Below, in pieces: positions 12,622 through 26,159 of a stretch of DNA of 64,000 nucleotides; the stretch's first letter is position 1; every line of letters starts with the position of its first letter. Both the position numbers and the translations under genes were made by a program. The stretch covers positions 43,339,933 through 43,403,932 of the forward strand of contig JARDVH010000042.1 of assembly GCA_030324005.1 (NCBI GenBank), in the 5' to 3' direction. A model generated the notes under the pieces. It saw nothing but the letters and a program-made list of their open reading frames with translations. It was not told the DNA's origin and ran no database searches. Source of the stretch: Negaprion brevirostris (lineage: Eukaryota).

Positions 12622-14382
12622 AGAATATAGAAGGGCCAGAGATCAAAGGAAAAAAGAAACTAATAAGAAAAAAAGGATAGAGCATGAAAAAAGATTGGCA
12701 GCTAACATGAAGGGGAATCCTAAGGTTTTCTATAGCATAAAAATAATAAAAAGGTGGTAAAAGAAAGAGTAGGACTGGATGAAGGATAAAAAGGGAACGC
12801 TGACACAGGAGAAATATTAAAGTAGGAGCAGGAGGTATTAAATGAGTACTTTACATCTGTCTTTACAAAGGAACAGGATGCTACCTAAGCCGAAGTGAGA
12901 GAGGAGGTAAGTGATTCACTCAAAGTATTTATAATTGAGAAAGAGGCAGTGTTAGAAAGGCTACCTCTACTTAAAATTAACAAGGTAGCAGGTCTGAATG
13001 AGATGTATCCAAGGGTACTGAGGGAAGTGAAAAGTGGAAGTTGCAGGATATTAATGATAATCTTCCAATCTTCTTCAGACATAGGGATGGTCAAGAGGAG
13101 GGGAGAGTTATGAATGTTACACTCATGTTCATAAAGGGATGCAAGGATAAATCTGGCCAGGCAGTTTGACTTCAGTGGCAGACAAACCTCTGGAAACTAT
13201 GGGTTCGAAACAAAATCAATAGTCACTTGGACCAGTGCAGGATAATTAAGAAAAGCTAACATAGATTCATTAAGGGAAAGTCATGTTTAACTAATGTGCT
13301 GGAGTTTCTTGAGGTGGTAATGAGAGAAGGATGATAAGTCCAATATTGTTAATGTGTATATGAATTTTCAAAAATCATTTCATACAGTGCCACACAACAG
13401 ACTTGTGTGCAAAACTCTAGCTCATGAATTAGGAAGCAAAGTAGGCACTTAGATAAGAAATTGGTTGTGTGACAGGAAACAGAGTAGTGATAAATAGTTG
13501 GTTTTCAGATTGAAGGAGGGTTTGGAGTTCCCCGAAGGTCAATGTTTGGACCCTGATAGATACTAATGACATAGACTGCGGTATTCAAGGCATAATTTCA
13601 AAATTTGCAGATGATTCAAAGATTGGAAACATCAGTTGTGATGCGGATAATCCTGAACTTCAAAAGGACATAGACATGTTGGCAGATTGGGCAGACACGT
13701 GGCAGATGAGATTCAATGCAGACAAGTGTGAGAACATAAGAAAATAAGAACATAAGAAATAGGAGCAGGAGTAGGCCATCTCGCCCTTCAAGCCTGCCCC
13801 GCCTTTCAATAAGATCATGGNNNNNNNNNNNNNNNNNNNNNNNCCCCCACTTATCTTGAGGCTGCGCCCTCTAGTCCTAGGTGATTTATTTTGAGACACA
13901 TTATAAAATGAAGGGAGAAACTCTAAAAGAGGTGCAGGAATAAAGGGACTTTGGTGATGTGAGTAGAGTGAGTGAGTAGAGAGTAGAGAGGAAAATCACA
14001 AGAATTATTCTAAGGATAAGGAACTGTAGGTATGAAGATAGATTGGAGAAGTTGGAACTGTTTTCCTTGAGAGGAGCTTTGATAGAGGTACTCAAGATCC
14101 TGAGTATGGACAGGGTAAATAGTGAAAAACTGTTCCCACTCAAGATAGCATCAAGAATTAGAGAGCACAGATTCAAAATAATTGACAACAGAAGTTAAAG
14201 TGATGTGAGGAAATAAATTTCACCCAGAGGATGGTTGGAGCCTGAAACAAACTTCCTGAGAGTGATGGAGGCAAGTTCAATTGAAGTACAAAAAAATGAA
14301 TTGGATTGCTCTCCGAATAGAAAGAATGTTAAAGGTTACAGGGATAAGACAAGGGAGTGAGACTAGATAGAATGATCTTTCA

Positions 14383-14617
14383 CAATGGCACAGTGCCTCA
14401 CAGTGCCAGGGATCCAGGTTCAATTCCAGCCTCAGGTCACTGTCTGTATGAAGTTTGCACTCTCTCCTTGTGGGGTTTTGTCCGGGTACCGGTTAGGTTG
14501 ATGGGCCATGGGGGATTAGCAGGGTAAATGAGGGCTACAGGAATAGGGCCTGAATGGGATTGTAGTCAGTACAGACTTGATGGGTTGAATGGCCTCCTTC
14601 TGTACTGTAGGGATTCA
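14383..14617 (+). mobile_element. HE1-like SINE (internally deleted) inserted in CR1 tail
   Basis: tggcacagtg...cacagtgccagggatccaggttcaattcc...gacttgatgggttgaatggcctccttctgtactgtagggattc. Confidence 0.8.
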
Positions 14618-15104
14618 AAGAGAGACCAGTGAGACTCAATGGGCGAATGACCTCCTTTGGCACTGTAAAGATTGTGTGATTCAGCAATTTTAAAATAAAG
14701 GTTTATGATTTTGCAACAAAAGCAAGCAGGGGAAATCTTCCTTCTTAATATTTATTCCTCACATAGGAAGACATGAGAAGTTCCAATGAGATGAAACTCA
14801 TTTTTACTAAGTTAGGATAAGACAGACTAAGAATTCTCTTCCAAATTAACGCCTTTGATATGCAATAATTAACAGTTCTACATTAATGCTGACAGTAAGA
14901 TCATGCTTTTTACAGTGATTTAATATATATATGTATATAAATCAATCCTAACAACTTAACTCATCTACATATCAAATAACTATTGAATTTCTGTCACCCT
15001 TTCCATTTGAGTAAAATTGGAACCCATGGAATAGTTGACATCTTACTGCTGTTACACACTCCAGAGGCACCAAATTAAGAGTATCCTGTTTGTTTACCTT
15101 GAAG

Positions 15105-15272
15105 CAAATGGTGAGTTATTTATGTGGGGAAGAAATTGTCACGTGATTGATGCAACCCGACCAGCATCACATAAATTCTGGAGTCCACAGCAAATTGATT
15201 TTGGCGTTCATGATATCCACAGTATCAGTTGTGGCTACTGGCATGCCACAACCCTCATTGGATATCCTGCTG
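15105..15272 (+). CDS. Coding exon of RCC1-repeat gene (next repeat)
   Basis: Acceptor tgtttgtttaccttgaag, donor G|gtaaga, phase 1 to 1. Joins the previous exon in frame: ...ALT-A-NGELFMWGRNCHVIDATRPASHKFWSPQQIDFGVHDIHSISCGYWHATTLIGYPA, with G.L+.WG.N and ISCG.WH RCC1 motifs. Confidence 0.9.
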
Positions 15273-16906
15273 GTAAGAAAACAATTTGTGTTATATCACT
15301 TTGCATAGGCTAAGCTAAAGATTTGGGTAGCATTTTGTTCATAGAAAAGTTTAGCTGTAGAAATATGTATATATATTTTTTCCTAACCTAGAGCACTGTA
15401 AGTTCAACAAACATCTAATATGTATTGTTTCTTGGTGAGATGGAATCTGTACTTTGAAAGCTGAATAGGAAACCTGACACATGACGGGTCAGTAGAATAT
15501 ACCCATTAGGGTATGTTCAGTGAATTTGCACTCCCAACATGTAGCTTTGCTTGCTAGAATGTATTTTGGGAATTCAAGCACAAGAAATATCCATCCATTA
15601 ATTTTTCTCTATTCCCAAATATGCACTTCTGACAAATAAAGCTTCATTACAGGAGAATTAATTCATTAAATATACCCTCGAATACATACTTTTACATGTC
15701 CTGTTGTTACGGAAGCAAATGATTTCAGAATATCAACTGCATAATTCTGCAGAACAAAAATATACATACACATATAATAAGAAAGAGGGTGAAGAGATTT
15801 ATTTGCATATAAATATAAATGAAAGTGTTCTAAATATTTCTGGTGCCAATGAGTATAGTCTCCTCTTTTACTCAAAATAATTNNNNNNNNNNTTTGTGAT
15901 TGCAGCGAATCAAAATGGTAGGAGCTCTTAATTGTGCTCATGTCAGTTTTATCCAACATAACTTCAGACATGGGAACAAATTGTTTTGGACAGAATTCGT
16001 GTTTCCTTTCACAGCCTGTGATCAGTTTGTTTGTGTAAGAGGAGTACTTTTTCCTACCCTTAGGGCGAGAATACCAATAAAATATTTACAGTAGCAAGCA
16101 TTTTGTGAATTTAAAAATAAAGGAGGTTATTTATTATCTCACAGATGCCATGTAATTTAAAATGCTATGGCTCAAACACACTCTCAGACACACAACAATT
16201 GGATACAGAAGGTAAAACAATAAGATTGCAACTTATAATTATGTCAGTCCCTTTTGTGACATGCCTGTAGTTTCTTAGATGAAAGCCTGAAAGTTCAAAT
16301 GAAATTCTGGTAAAACAAAGGATTATCAGAAAGCTGCAAGGTTTCTTGTAATCAGCTTTTCACAGGATTGTTTCTCAGGTGAACTCAAAGTTTGAACTGG
16401 TTCTGGGGAGTCCATCTCCCACCTTCAAGGTATTGCTGTTTCTTTCTTTGGCCATTTAACTGACTTGCATCGGGTTCAATGACTCTCAGAGGAATTATAT
16501 CTTTACTTGCAAGTAGCTTCGTACTGATTTAAAGTCAGACAATCAAATTGGCTTCTTCATCACTTGCACAGGTTTAAAATCCTTTTTTCCAAAACTATGA
16601 TGCTGTATCAATTAGATTTCCTATGTTGCTGTTTGACATTTAGTGAATTTTGTGTTTGTGTTTGAATATCCCATGTCATTGATAACACCATTTGGAACTG
16701 GTTTCAGGAAAAGGTATTGGTTCAACGTCAGTCTGGAAGGTTCTCTTTGTTCCCTCTTGGGGTGTGGTTTCACTCCAGAAAAAAGGTCAGGTGATACTCA
16801 GGCAATATTTTGCAATATTTTGTGATCAGTTTTAAAAACATAAAAATAAAAAAAGTTTGAAATTGAGAGTATACTCTGACATGACAAAAGCAAAATCAAA
16901 CATGAT

Positions 16907-17830
16907 GGGCTTGATTTTCCTGGCTCTCTGTGCTGCTCTAGTAGTGCAGTGGGCCATGAAATGTCAGCGGAGGGGCTTGTAGCGGGAATTGAGACCTGCC
17001 TCCAGCCGATCATGATTTTCCGAGGCCATTTTTTACAAAGTTATCAGCACAGCGCCAAAAATCAACATGAGGCTGATTATGTTATGGAAACACCAATGTC
17101 AATCCGTGGTAGGGGTGGGCAGGTTCATGGTGGTTCGCTGCGCACTCTGCCTTAGGGGTCAGTGGGTTTGGGAGGAAGGAGGGGCACAGTTGGTNNNNNN
17201 NNNNNNNNNNNNNNNNNNNNNNNNNNNNNNNNNNNNNNNNNNNNNNNNNNNNNNNNNNNNNNNNNNNNNNNNNNNNNNNNNNNNNNNNNNNNNNNNNNNN
17301 NNNNNNNNNNNNNNNNNNNNNNNNNNNNNNNNNNNNNNNNNNNNNNNNNNNNNNNNNNNNNNNNNNNNNNNNNNNNNNNNNNNNNNNNNNNNNNNNNNNN
17401 NNNNNNNNNNNNNNNNNNNNNNNNNNNNNNNNNNNNNNNNNNNNNNNNNNNNNNNNNNNATCAGGTTGGCCAATGGTGGGGAGGGGGGTCAGGCCTCGTC
17501 ATGGGGGACTGGCAATAGGGGCTGGTCCAGGGGGGAAGAGTCATAGAAGCCAGCAATCGAGCAGGGGGTCTGAGAGGCCAGCAATTGAGCTGCGGGGAGG
17601 AGGGGTTGGGCAGGCCGGTGAAGGAATTGGGAAGCCGGTGATGGGAGGGGGGATGCCAGTGCACATGTGCTTATCTCCCTACTGAGAGATTGGTGCATGC
17701 GCAGTGACCCACTGACGTAGAGTACAGAGTGCCTCAAGTCTATCCCACTAAGTACACCCAAAAACATGTGGGAAGGTCTTCTGTTTTCTCGCCTGTTGGG
17801 CACTTAGATTTTGGGGGGGGAAATCACCCC
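16907..17830. mobile_element. GC-rich non-autonomous DNA transposon (Harbinger-like)
   Basis: GC-rich block with imperfect terminal inverted ends gggcttgattttcc ... gggaaatcacccc. Shares the catgcgcagtg / gcgcatgc motif with blocks at 43474 and 62492. Confidence 0.5.
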
Positions 17831-19979
17831 TGAGATACCTGAAGTAATGATAATTAAAGTCATGTGATCAGAGAGGCCTCCAGCACAGAGAAAGGCCTTT
17901 GGTCCAGCCAAAGCCAAACTAGCCAACTATTTTAATCCAAAATTCTACAATGTTAAATTGGCACCGATTATATAAGTAGAAAATATAGTACTAGACCAGC
18001 TATGGAGCTCTTAAAGTTCCCATGAAATAATGCGGTATAAGTTTGGGATAGCCAATTGTTCTGGTGCAATTCCCAATAGATTGGGGATATGGGTGACAAT
18101 TTGTCAGTTGTAAATTCATTCATTTTTCCATGTGCCTTTCGAATTTTGTTCATGTGTGTTTTGCTAAACTAATAAGGTGGCTTACAAACATGTAACCTCA
18201 AGTAAGTTCTGTGCTGTCAATAGGACCCTGATCAGGTGAGTCAGTGCTACCACAATCAAAGTCGGGTTCAGTCAGCCCAGGGCTGCCAGTGGGATTGTAG
18301 TCAGGTTAGATTCAGTCAAGCAGCAAAAATCGGACAGCCTTTGAACTTCCAGCAGGAGTTGAGATATGGCAGCACCCCCTAGCCCATTAACCCCTCTCCC
18401 AAAACAGTCACTGATTACCTGTCAACAAAATGTAAAGCTTTACCGACGCATCCACATTTTGTGATTATATCTAAAGGCCCACCCCTACCTCATTTTCAAT
18501 GTAGAATTAAATTTTCTTTCCTTCCCACCAATACTATATGATTTTATCATGTTTGGCCATCAACAAAGGCTTCATAGCTTTCAACAATCTCTTAACGAGC
18601 AACTTGTGTTTCTTTTCTTCTCTAATTGATTCTGCCCTGTTTATGATGGCAGCAAGACAGAAACATTTCGATGCTTTTCAGCTCACTATATGTCTTGATC
18701 AGCAATTTACTAATTTGCACCCAAGGAAAAATAGAGTCCTTAAAGTAAAACTATTATTTTATAATATTATATCCAGCCTTGTGGCTATTATGCAGGACAG
18801 GCAGAGAAGGATTGGCTTTCCCTACAGTGCATCCCTTGTTTGCACATCACTCTGATCCCTGGTGGAGTATTATAAAGAGCAGAGGGAACACTGAATGGTC
18901 CCTTCATTTTCTCAGAAGTGCTCTACAATTTAAAAACACATCCTGACTGAAAGCAAATGACATTTGCTCCTTACCCATTCCAAATCTTTGACCTCACATT
19001 TTGTTACCGAGTGGCAAGATTCAGAATAAATTCATGCTTCAAAACTGTGGTGACTGGAAAAATGCAGCTTGGAAGAATTGAGCTCATTTACGATCTTTAA
19101 GAGCCATCAATGAGATTTAGCCATCCATCTGTTTCTCATAGCATTCAGTGTAGACCTGGATTTCACAAAGACGTCACCAATTCTGTCAGCAACTTTTTCC
19201 TCAAGGTTTTATNNNNNNNNNNNNNNNNNNNCTGAAAATGAAATAGAATTCTTATGTTTCTTCAGAAAGCTATTTGTTCCATAGGGTGAATCAAAGTGAA
19301 ACTGTTCAGTAATTTATCTGTGCGTCAGTCACTGAAACACATGATGTGTTTTGCTTTTATAATTTAGAAGCCTTATTTATTGTTTATTTTACTCTGCTTT
19401 CTTTGGGTTATTCCTTTAGTTAAGTCAAACATTCAAATAATCAGTAATTCTAACCAATTATGCAATGTCATATGTTGCTTCCTATTTGTAAATACACTTA
19501 ATATATACTTACTGGTGTTTGTGGTTGCACTAATCTGTTTCATAATTCTCTTCAGCACAGCCAATTAGCAATAAGTGGTTACTGGTTTGCCATACACGGC
19601 CCCACAGATGAACCTTAGAAAACATAATGCTCCCAATGTTAAGTTTCTATCCACAGAGCAACTTTAATGTAAAGTAAGTGATTTGAATGTTACGCACTTA
19701 CCACAAAGGAGTCTTTTCATTCTTAAATATTTTCTGATGATTCCAGTTACGGAGTGCTTCAGAAACTCATCCTGTTGAGCCATTTCAGCTGCTAATGCCA
19801 GAGTATTTGTGCAATGAGTGGTACAAGCTATTGGAAAATGTTCATATAATTGGAGCAACTGGGCTATTCATAGGCTGCATCTCCTGTATTTATGTTTAAT
19901 TTCCATTAAAAATTGTGTAAATACTCAGCAAAATGAGCTAAAAATAATAATACAAAATAGGTCCATAATAAGTTTAGCA

Positions 19980-22135
19980 AGCCGTTCAGTTGTATAAGCC
20001 ACTAGAAAGTCAATAAGAAATGAAACCAAATGAACCACCCACCATTAACCTGGAAACAACCATAGCAAACTCAGCCTCATTGATCCTGCAAAGTCCTCCC
20101 TACTAACATTTGGGGGTTTGTGTCAAAATCAGCAGAGCTGTCTCACAGACTAGTGAAGCAACAGACTGACATGATCATAGACACAAAATCATACCTTACA
20201 GATAATGCTCCAGACACCACCGCCACCACCGCCATCCCTGAGAATGTTCTGTCCCTCCAGCAGAGCAGACCCAGCAGATGTGGTGGCACAGTCGCATAGA
20301 GTTGGGGTGGAGTTGCCCTGGGAATCCGCAGCATCATCTCTGGATCCAATACATCTCATGGCATCAGGTTAAACATGGGCAAGGAAGCCTCCCATTGATT
20401 ACTACATACTGCCCCCTTCAACTGATGAATCAGTACCTCTCTATGTTGAACACCATTTAGAGGACACACTGAAGGTGGCAAGGGTGCAGAATGTAGCCTG
20501 GGTGGGTGGGAGACTTCTGTATCCATCACAAGAGTGACTTGGTAGCACCACTACAGACCAAGCTAGCCATGTCCTAAAGAACATAGCTGCCATGCAAGGT
20601 CTGCAGTGAGTGGTGAGTGAATCAACAAGAAGGAGAAACTTTATCTCACCAACCAGTCTGCTGCAGATTCAGGCAACAGATCTACCAATTCAAGACTGGG
20701 CATCTATGAAGCAACTACAGAATTGTACTCAACACAATCAAAAGACCCTCACCAACTTTTACAGATGCACAATAGAAAGCATTCTTTCTGGTTGTATCAC
20801 AGCTTGGCATGGCTCCTGCTCTGTCCAAGACCACAAAGAACGACATGAATAAAGCCTACTCCATCACACAAACCAACCCTCCGTCTATTGACCCTGTCTA
20901 CATTTCTCACTGCCTCAAGGCTAATCAAGGACCCCACATGCCTTGAATATATTGTCTTCCGCCCTCTTCCGTCAGTAAAAGGTTTCAAGGCCACAGTCCA
21001 AACATAGGCAAAATAATTGAATATNNNNNNNNNNNNNNNNNNNNNNNNNNNNNNNNNNNNNNNNNNNNNNNNNNNNNNNNNNNNNNNNNNNNNNNNNNNN
21101 NNNNNNNNNNNNNNNNNNNNNNNNNNNNNNNNNNNNNNNNNNNNNNNNNNNNNNNNNNNNNNNNNNNNNNNNNNNNNNNNNNNNNNNNNNNNNNNNNNNN
21201 NNNNNNNNNNNNNNNNNNNNNNNNNNNNNNNNNNNNNNNNNNNNNNNNNNNNNNNNNNNNNNNNNNNNNNNNNNNNNNNNNNNNNNNNNNNNNNNNNNNN
21301 NNNNNNNNNNNNNNNNNNNNNNNNNNNNNNNNNNNNNNNNNNNNNNNNNNNNNNNNNNNGCAAGATCTCTCCAAATCCAGGCTTTGACTAACAAGTGGCA
21401 ATGTCCTTCAAACCACACAAGTGCCAGGCAATGACCATCTCCAACAAAAACAATCTAACCATTGCTCCTTGACATTGAATGGCATTAATGTTGCTGAATA
21501 CTCCATCCTGGGTTACCATTGACCAGAAACTGCACTGGATTAACCATATAAATCCTGAGCAGGTCAGAAGCTAGGAATTCTGTGGCAACTCACCTCCTGA
21601 TTCCCCAAAGCCTGTCCACATCTACAAAGCACAAGTCAGGATTGTGGTGGAATAATCTCCACTTGCTGGATAAGTGCAGCTCCAACAACACCCAAGAAGC
21701 TCATCATCATTTGCGACAAAACAGCCTGCTTGATTGGCATCCCATCCAAAATATGCACATCCTCCACCACCAACACATAAAAGCAGTAATGTGTGCCATC
21801 TACAAGGCGCACTGCAGGAACACACCAAGGTTTCTTACACAGCACCACCCAAATCAACAACTGCTACTATTAAGAGGGACAGACGCAGCAGAAAGAAGGG
21901 AACATCACCACCTGCAAGTTCCCCTCCAAGTCACACACCATCCTGACTTGACAATGTATCACCTTACCTTCACTGTTACTTGGTCGAAATCCTGGAACTC
22001 CCTTCTGAATGTCACTTTGGGTAGACTGCAGCAGTTCAAGAAGACAGCTCACCAACACCTTCTTGAGGGCAATGAGGGATAGGCAATTAATGCTGGCCTA
22101 TCCAGTGAGGCTAACATCCCATGAATGAATAATTA
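19980..22135 (+). mobile_element. Decayed CR1/L2-group LINE (endonuclease start, RT C-terminus, 3' tail)
   Basis: LLTNIWGFVSKSAELSHRLVKQQTDMII.TKSYL resembles an APE endonuclease N-terminus. After the gap, degenerate DKWQ..F.PHKCQAMTIS. Tail gagggcaatgagggataggcaattaatgctggcc...cccatgaatgaat. Confidence 0.75.
20735..20990 (+). mobile_element. Rex1/Babar LINE 3' fragment
   Basis: TLTNFYRCTIESILSGCITAWHGSCS is the conserved DUF1891-type motif downstream of Rex1 RT. A related 3' end lies at about 30820-31150. Confidence 0.75.
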
Positions 22136-25100
22136 TACAAATCACACTGACAACAGCAGGATATTCTCCAATACTCAAATTGGCATGCATCACACCATAC
22201 TTGATTAGGTCAAAATGGATGATTACAACAGTTTTAAAACCTGTTCCTGGGATATGCCGAGCTCCAAGCAATAATTTTCCTTAAAGACAGGTGTACATTT
22301 TGCTAGAAATTTTGGATATATACAGCAAATTCCAATGTCACCCTGTGATGATATATTCCAGTTTTCATTCTTCCAATCATGCTTGCACTGCCAGTCAGTT
22401 GAAATTTTGTTCCAGGTGATGAATGTGTTGTAACCTTTACAGTCACTTTACCCAGTGAACACCAGTAATATCAGGTAACTGAATTTTCCTAGTTCCATGT
22501 TGGTGGGCTTGGGACTGGGAATATAAGGGGAGCTGTGTCAGGCTAGCTCCCCAAAATGCATTCTAGCTGCAGGGAGCATTCCCAGAGATGGGATGGGAAG
22601 CAGGTTGGCTACCCACCCCACAGAAGCAGACAGCCAGTTTACGTGGTTAATGACCCAGTTAGAAGCAATTTTTGGTCTTGCCAGCATTTTGCCAATAGTG
22701 GAATGTGCCTGGAGACCACCAGCTCAATGGAGGCAGCCCTTTGTGGCAGGTCCAGGGGAGTCATGGAAGCCAAAGGTTCCATGTCTCATTTACTTGGCTC
22801 GGAACAGGAAATGCCACAGCCACCTCTCAAACAAGCAGCCTTAGAGGTTTCCGGTCTCCTCAGAGGGGCAGAAACTTGATCATTTTTTAATTTATCAGAA
22901 CGTCTTTGAAGATGCTTCCATGTGAGGCACCCTGGTATTCCCCAACCTGCCTTCACAGCATTCACCTCTCCCAGAGGGCCTACCGAACCCCAGAGCTGCC
23001 AGTCCTCACACCAAACCTGTTAGATTGGCTAATTAGGTGGTCATCTTGAAAAAGATTGCAAGGCTGGTCACATAGCCAGAAAGATCGGACTCAGGACCCC
23101 CATTTGGATCCAACTTTGGGGTACTGAAGGCCACAGCAAAATCCAGCCAAAAAGTCAAAAGATGAACCCAATGCAGCCTCGAGTGGTTGAGAGCTTGGCT
23201 TTTGTCCAGCAAATTGTACATTCAAACCCAAGTTGTTAATTGGTCAAGAAGATCATTTTAATAAGATCTTAACCAGGAATTGAAGCACATGGTGGATTCT
23301 ACACTTCCACACTGGAGGAACGGTGGAGCATTTGGCTTTTCCTGCTTGTATCGCAGCTCCTAATTACAAAGCAATATTGATACCGGTTGTGAGTAATTCA
23401 CAACATCATTCATCATGGCTTTGATCTTTAACCTGACCGTATAACAATTAAATATTTGCCTGATTATATATCGACTGGTCACTATACTATCAGGTAAACC
23501 CAATAAAACATATAAATGATAAAAATAACAACATTGCTTTTTCCAAAAGCATTTTGCAGGATTTTGAGTCACTATAGAAAAAAGGGAATGTTCCAATATG
23601 GTCCAGATGTTTCCACAGCCACATATTCTCAAGTAAATATTTCAGGGTCTGAAAAGAAACTGAACAATCTTAAAACAGCAGGGAAGTGTGACAGCTGTAC
23701 TACCAGTACACACAGAATGATGTTGCAAAGCAAATTCCCTGGACTTGAATGCATTGTCACTCAAAATTCATTTTTATTTACTGGTCAATGATATATGAAA
23801 GTTGCAAACGTAATATGGAGTTGAATCAGCAAATTCTGCAGATTGTAGTTAATTGTCCTTTTGATATTTGCTTAAATTCGTACGTTTTTCTCCCTACTAC
23901 CGGCTATTTCTGATCACAAGTAGATTTAATTGTCCATCTTGACATTTTGAATATAGGATCCCACTATAATGAATGCCTGCAGCAGCAGGGAAATATAGCA
24001 GGAAATGACTTGAATTGCACTATAGGCATTATTTTCTGTTTGTTTGAATCAGTATGTGAAAGGTGAGCCTTCCCAGGCCTATCATCACCACTTTTGTGAT
24101 TAAAACCTTGCAGGCCTAGTACTAAGAGTCTCTGTGTGTGAGGTGTACACACTTCACTTATCTGTCAATCTCCCAGCCCGCTGGCTTTTCAGGCTTTAGA
24201 GAGGAACCACGCACTGTTCAGTTCACCTCCTGATAAGGTGGATTCTGCTGAAGAAACACGCTTCTGTAAATATAAGATTTAATGGAAAATCAAACTCAGC
24301 CTCTTCTTTAGATAGAGGAGGTCAGTGATTCAACAAGTTGCGAATTAGTTGCAAAAGAACTTGCATAATGCTACCCTTCAGCAGCACAATGGCAGATGCA
24401 GTTATTTGGTTTTTAGTGCTTTGATGTCAAAGCTCTGCAGTTAGATCCAAGCTCCCCAAACAAGATATTTCTCACAGTAATGGCTATTGATTGAATGTGG
24501 GTTGTGGGAATCCACTGATATTTATATGTCTTGAGAGCTGATGTACTGTTTAGGTTGTTTGGTAAATAAGCTCATGGAGTCCAGTGATATCTCTTCACTC
24601 AACTCCCCGGGGAAATTCGGTTTCAACACAGACCTAAATGGGGCCTTCTGAAGCACTTCACAATCTTTTTCCAAATTATTAAACTAGTCCAAACAGTGAG
24701 GTTATAATTAAAAACTACTGCAGCAATTCTTGTGTCAGTTTGGATTACCACATTCTGTGTTTTTAATGATAGAATTCAAAAGACCTTCCAACTCACACAA
24801 AATTTTCACTGTTTTTTCAGTTTGTCGGATTTTCAGTGTAGTCTAGTCAAGTCCAGCTAAAGGAGTGCATCATCTTCGAACCAGAACGGTAGAGACCAAT
24901 TAACAATGGTCACAGATTCCTGAATATCAGTAAACAGTGCTGGGCTGCAATTGTCAGTGTGACAACATTGCTTTATTTTGTTTGCTCCTTTTCTATTGCC
25001 TCCCCTAGGGATGGTGCATTTCACTGGTAGCCTGGTAAAAAGTTTCAGCAAAGTTTGTTCATAATCATAGCTGACTTGACAGTGAGATCAGTGGGATTTG

Positions 25101-26046
25101 AATCCAGTCCCTTTGAAATACCTCACATTACCACACAAACTAAACTTTCAAGTTTACATTTAAATCTATCCCAAATGTATTACAAAGGGATATCATTTGG
25201 CCTAACTTTTATTGTATATGTATTGCTTCTAACTCTGCGCATATTATTTGATAGGTAATGAGTTGCCAGATTTTGATTTTAGATAGAGGCAAAAGAATGA
25301 GTATAATAATATAAAGCAAATTTAAGCTTTCTTGGCCTGTGAGATAGGGGTACATCTTTACTTAATTTAACAGTGAAAAATGGATGGTAATAGTTCGGCA
25401 GCCTGTTTTATGCCTCTTTCTCTATTTTTATTTCCACAGATTTTACATTTAGCTAAAACCTACCCCTAACAGTGCAATGCCAGTCTGGAGGAGATTAATA
25501 TTAGTGGACTTGCAATGAGTTGATATCTCATACAAGGCTTTCTTTAAAAAATGATTATAGTGATTAACTGGGAAAACAAGCACATATGAAGTTTCCTCCA
25601 TGTATTGTTGAAACAATTCAGCTTAAACAGATACAGGAAGTCACATCGATAGTTAATTGGTGAACCATGCAGCTCTTGTGTAGCGGAAAAAAATCAAAAC
25701 TTGCATATTCCAATTACAGACAGAATATTATCCATAAGATAAGCTACTCTTTGGCTTTTTATTGCCCATTTCCTTTATTTTTGTTGGCAAATATTTTCTA
25801 AATGGAATTGGTCCAATTATTTATCAATGTGATAGTGTGTTTAAAAGAACACATACATTTGTTCGCCTTTGCAACTTGACAGTGTCATGGCTGACTTAGT
25901 TTGCTAAGCAATATCTAAATGTCATATTTAGCAATAAGGTGCTGAAATGCTACGTTAAGAGGAAGAGGATACACTTCTGTGTTGTTTTTTCCAAACTCTT
26001 TAAAGTGCTCTACAGCTGTTGACGGTTGTTTGTACTGGCATTGCAG

Positions 26047-26159
26047 AGCGGCACCATGGGAATAAAGAATCTGGTTTCAGTGAAACTGGAGAGAACTTCA
26101 AAGGGGACAACCACTATCCCAAATTGATGGAACATTCACAGGAAGAAAAAAGGGATGGG
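26047..26159 (+). CDS. Probable coding exon of RCC1-repeat gene (post-propeller linker)
   Basis: Acceptor tttgtactggcattgcag, donor GGG|gtaagg. Phase 1 to 0 exactly bridges the flanking exons. Open frame ERHHGNKESGFSETGENFKGDNHYPKLMEHSQEEKRDG in non-repetitive sequence. Confidence 0.65.

Larger units (their letters stand above)
12140..14682 (+). mobile_element. 5'-truncated decayed CR1 LINE (ORF2 RT to 3' tail) with three nested insertions
   Basis: Frameshifted motifs KGNPKVFY, LKINKVAGLNEMYPRVLREV, FIKGKSCLTNVLEFLE, SKFADDSKIG. Tail resumes at 14620 after a SINE. Nested: hairpin element 12349-12621, antisense CR1 3' end about 13732-13880, SINE 14383-14617. Confidence 0.85.

Noticed and set aside
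23516-23791. 91-aa ORF as a possible exon
   Set aside because: Phase is incompatible with the flanking phase-1 intron at the best acceptor, no good donor, no motif.
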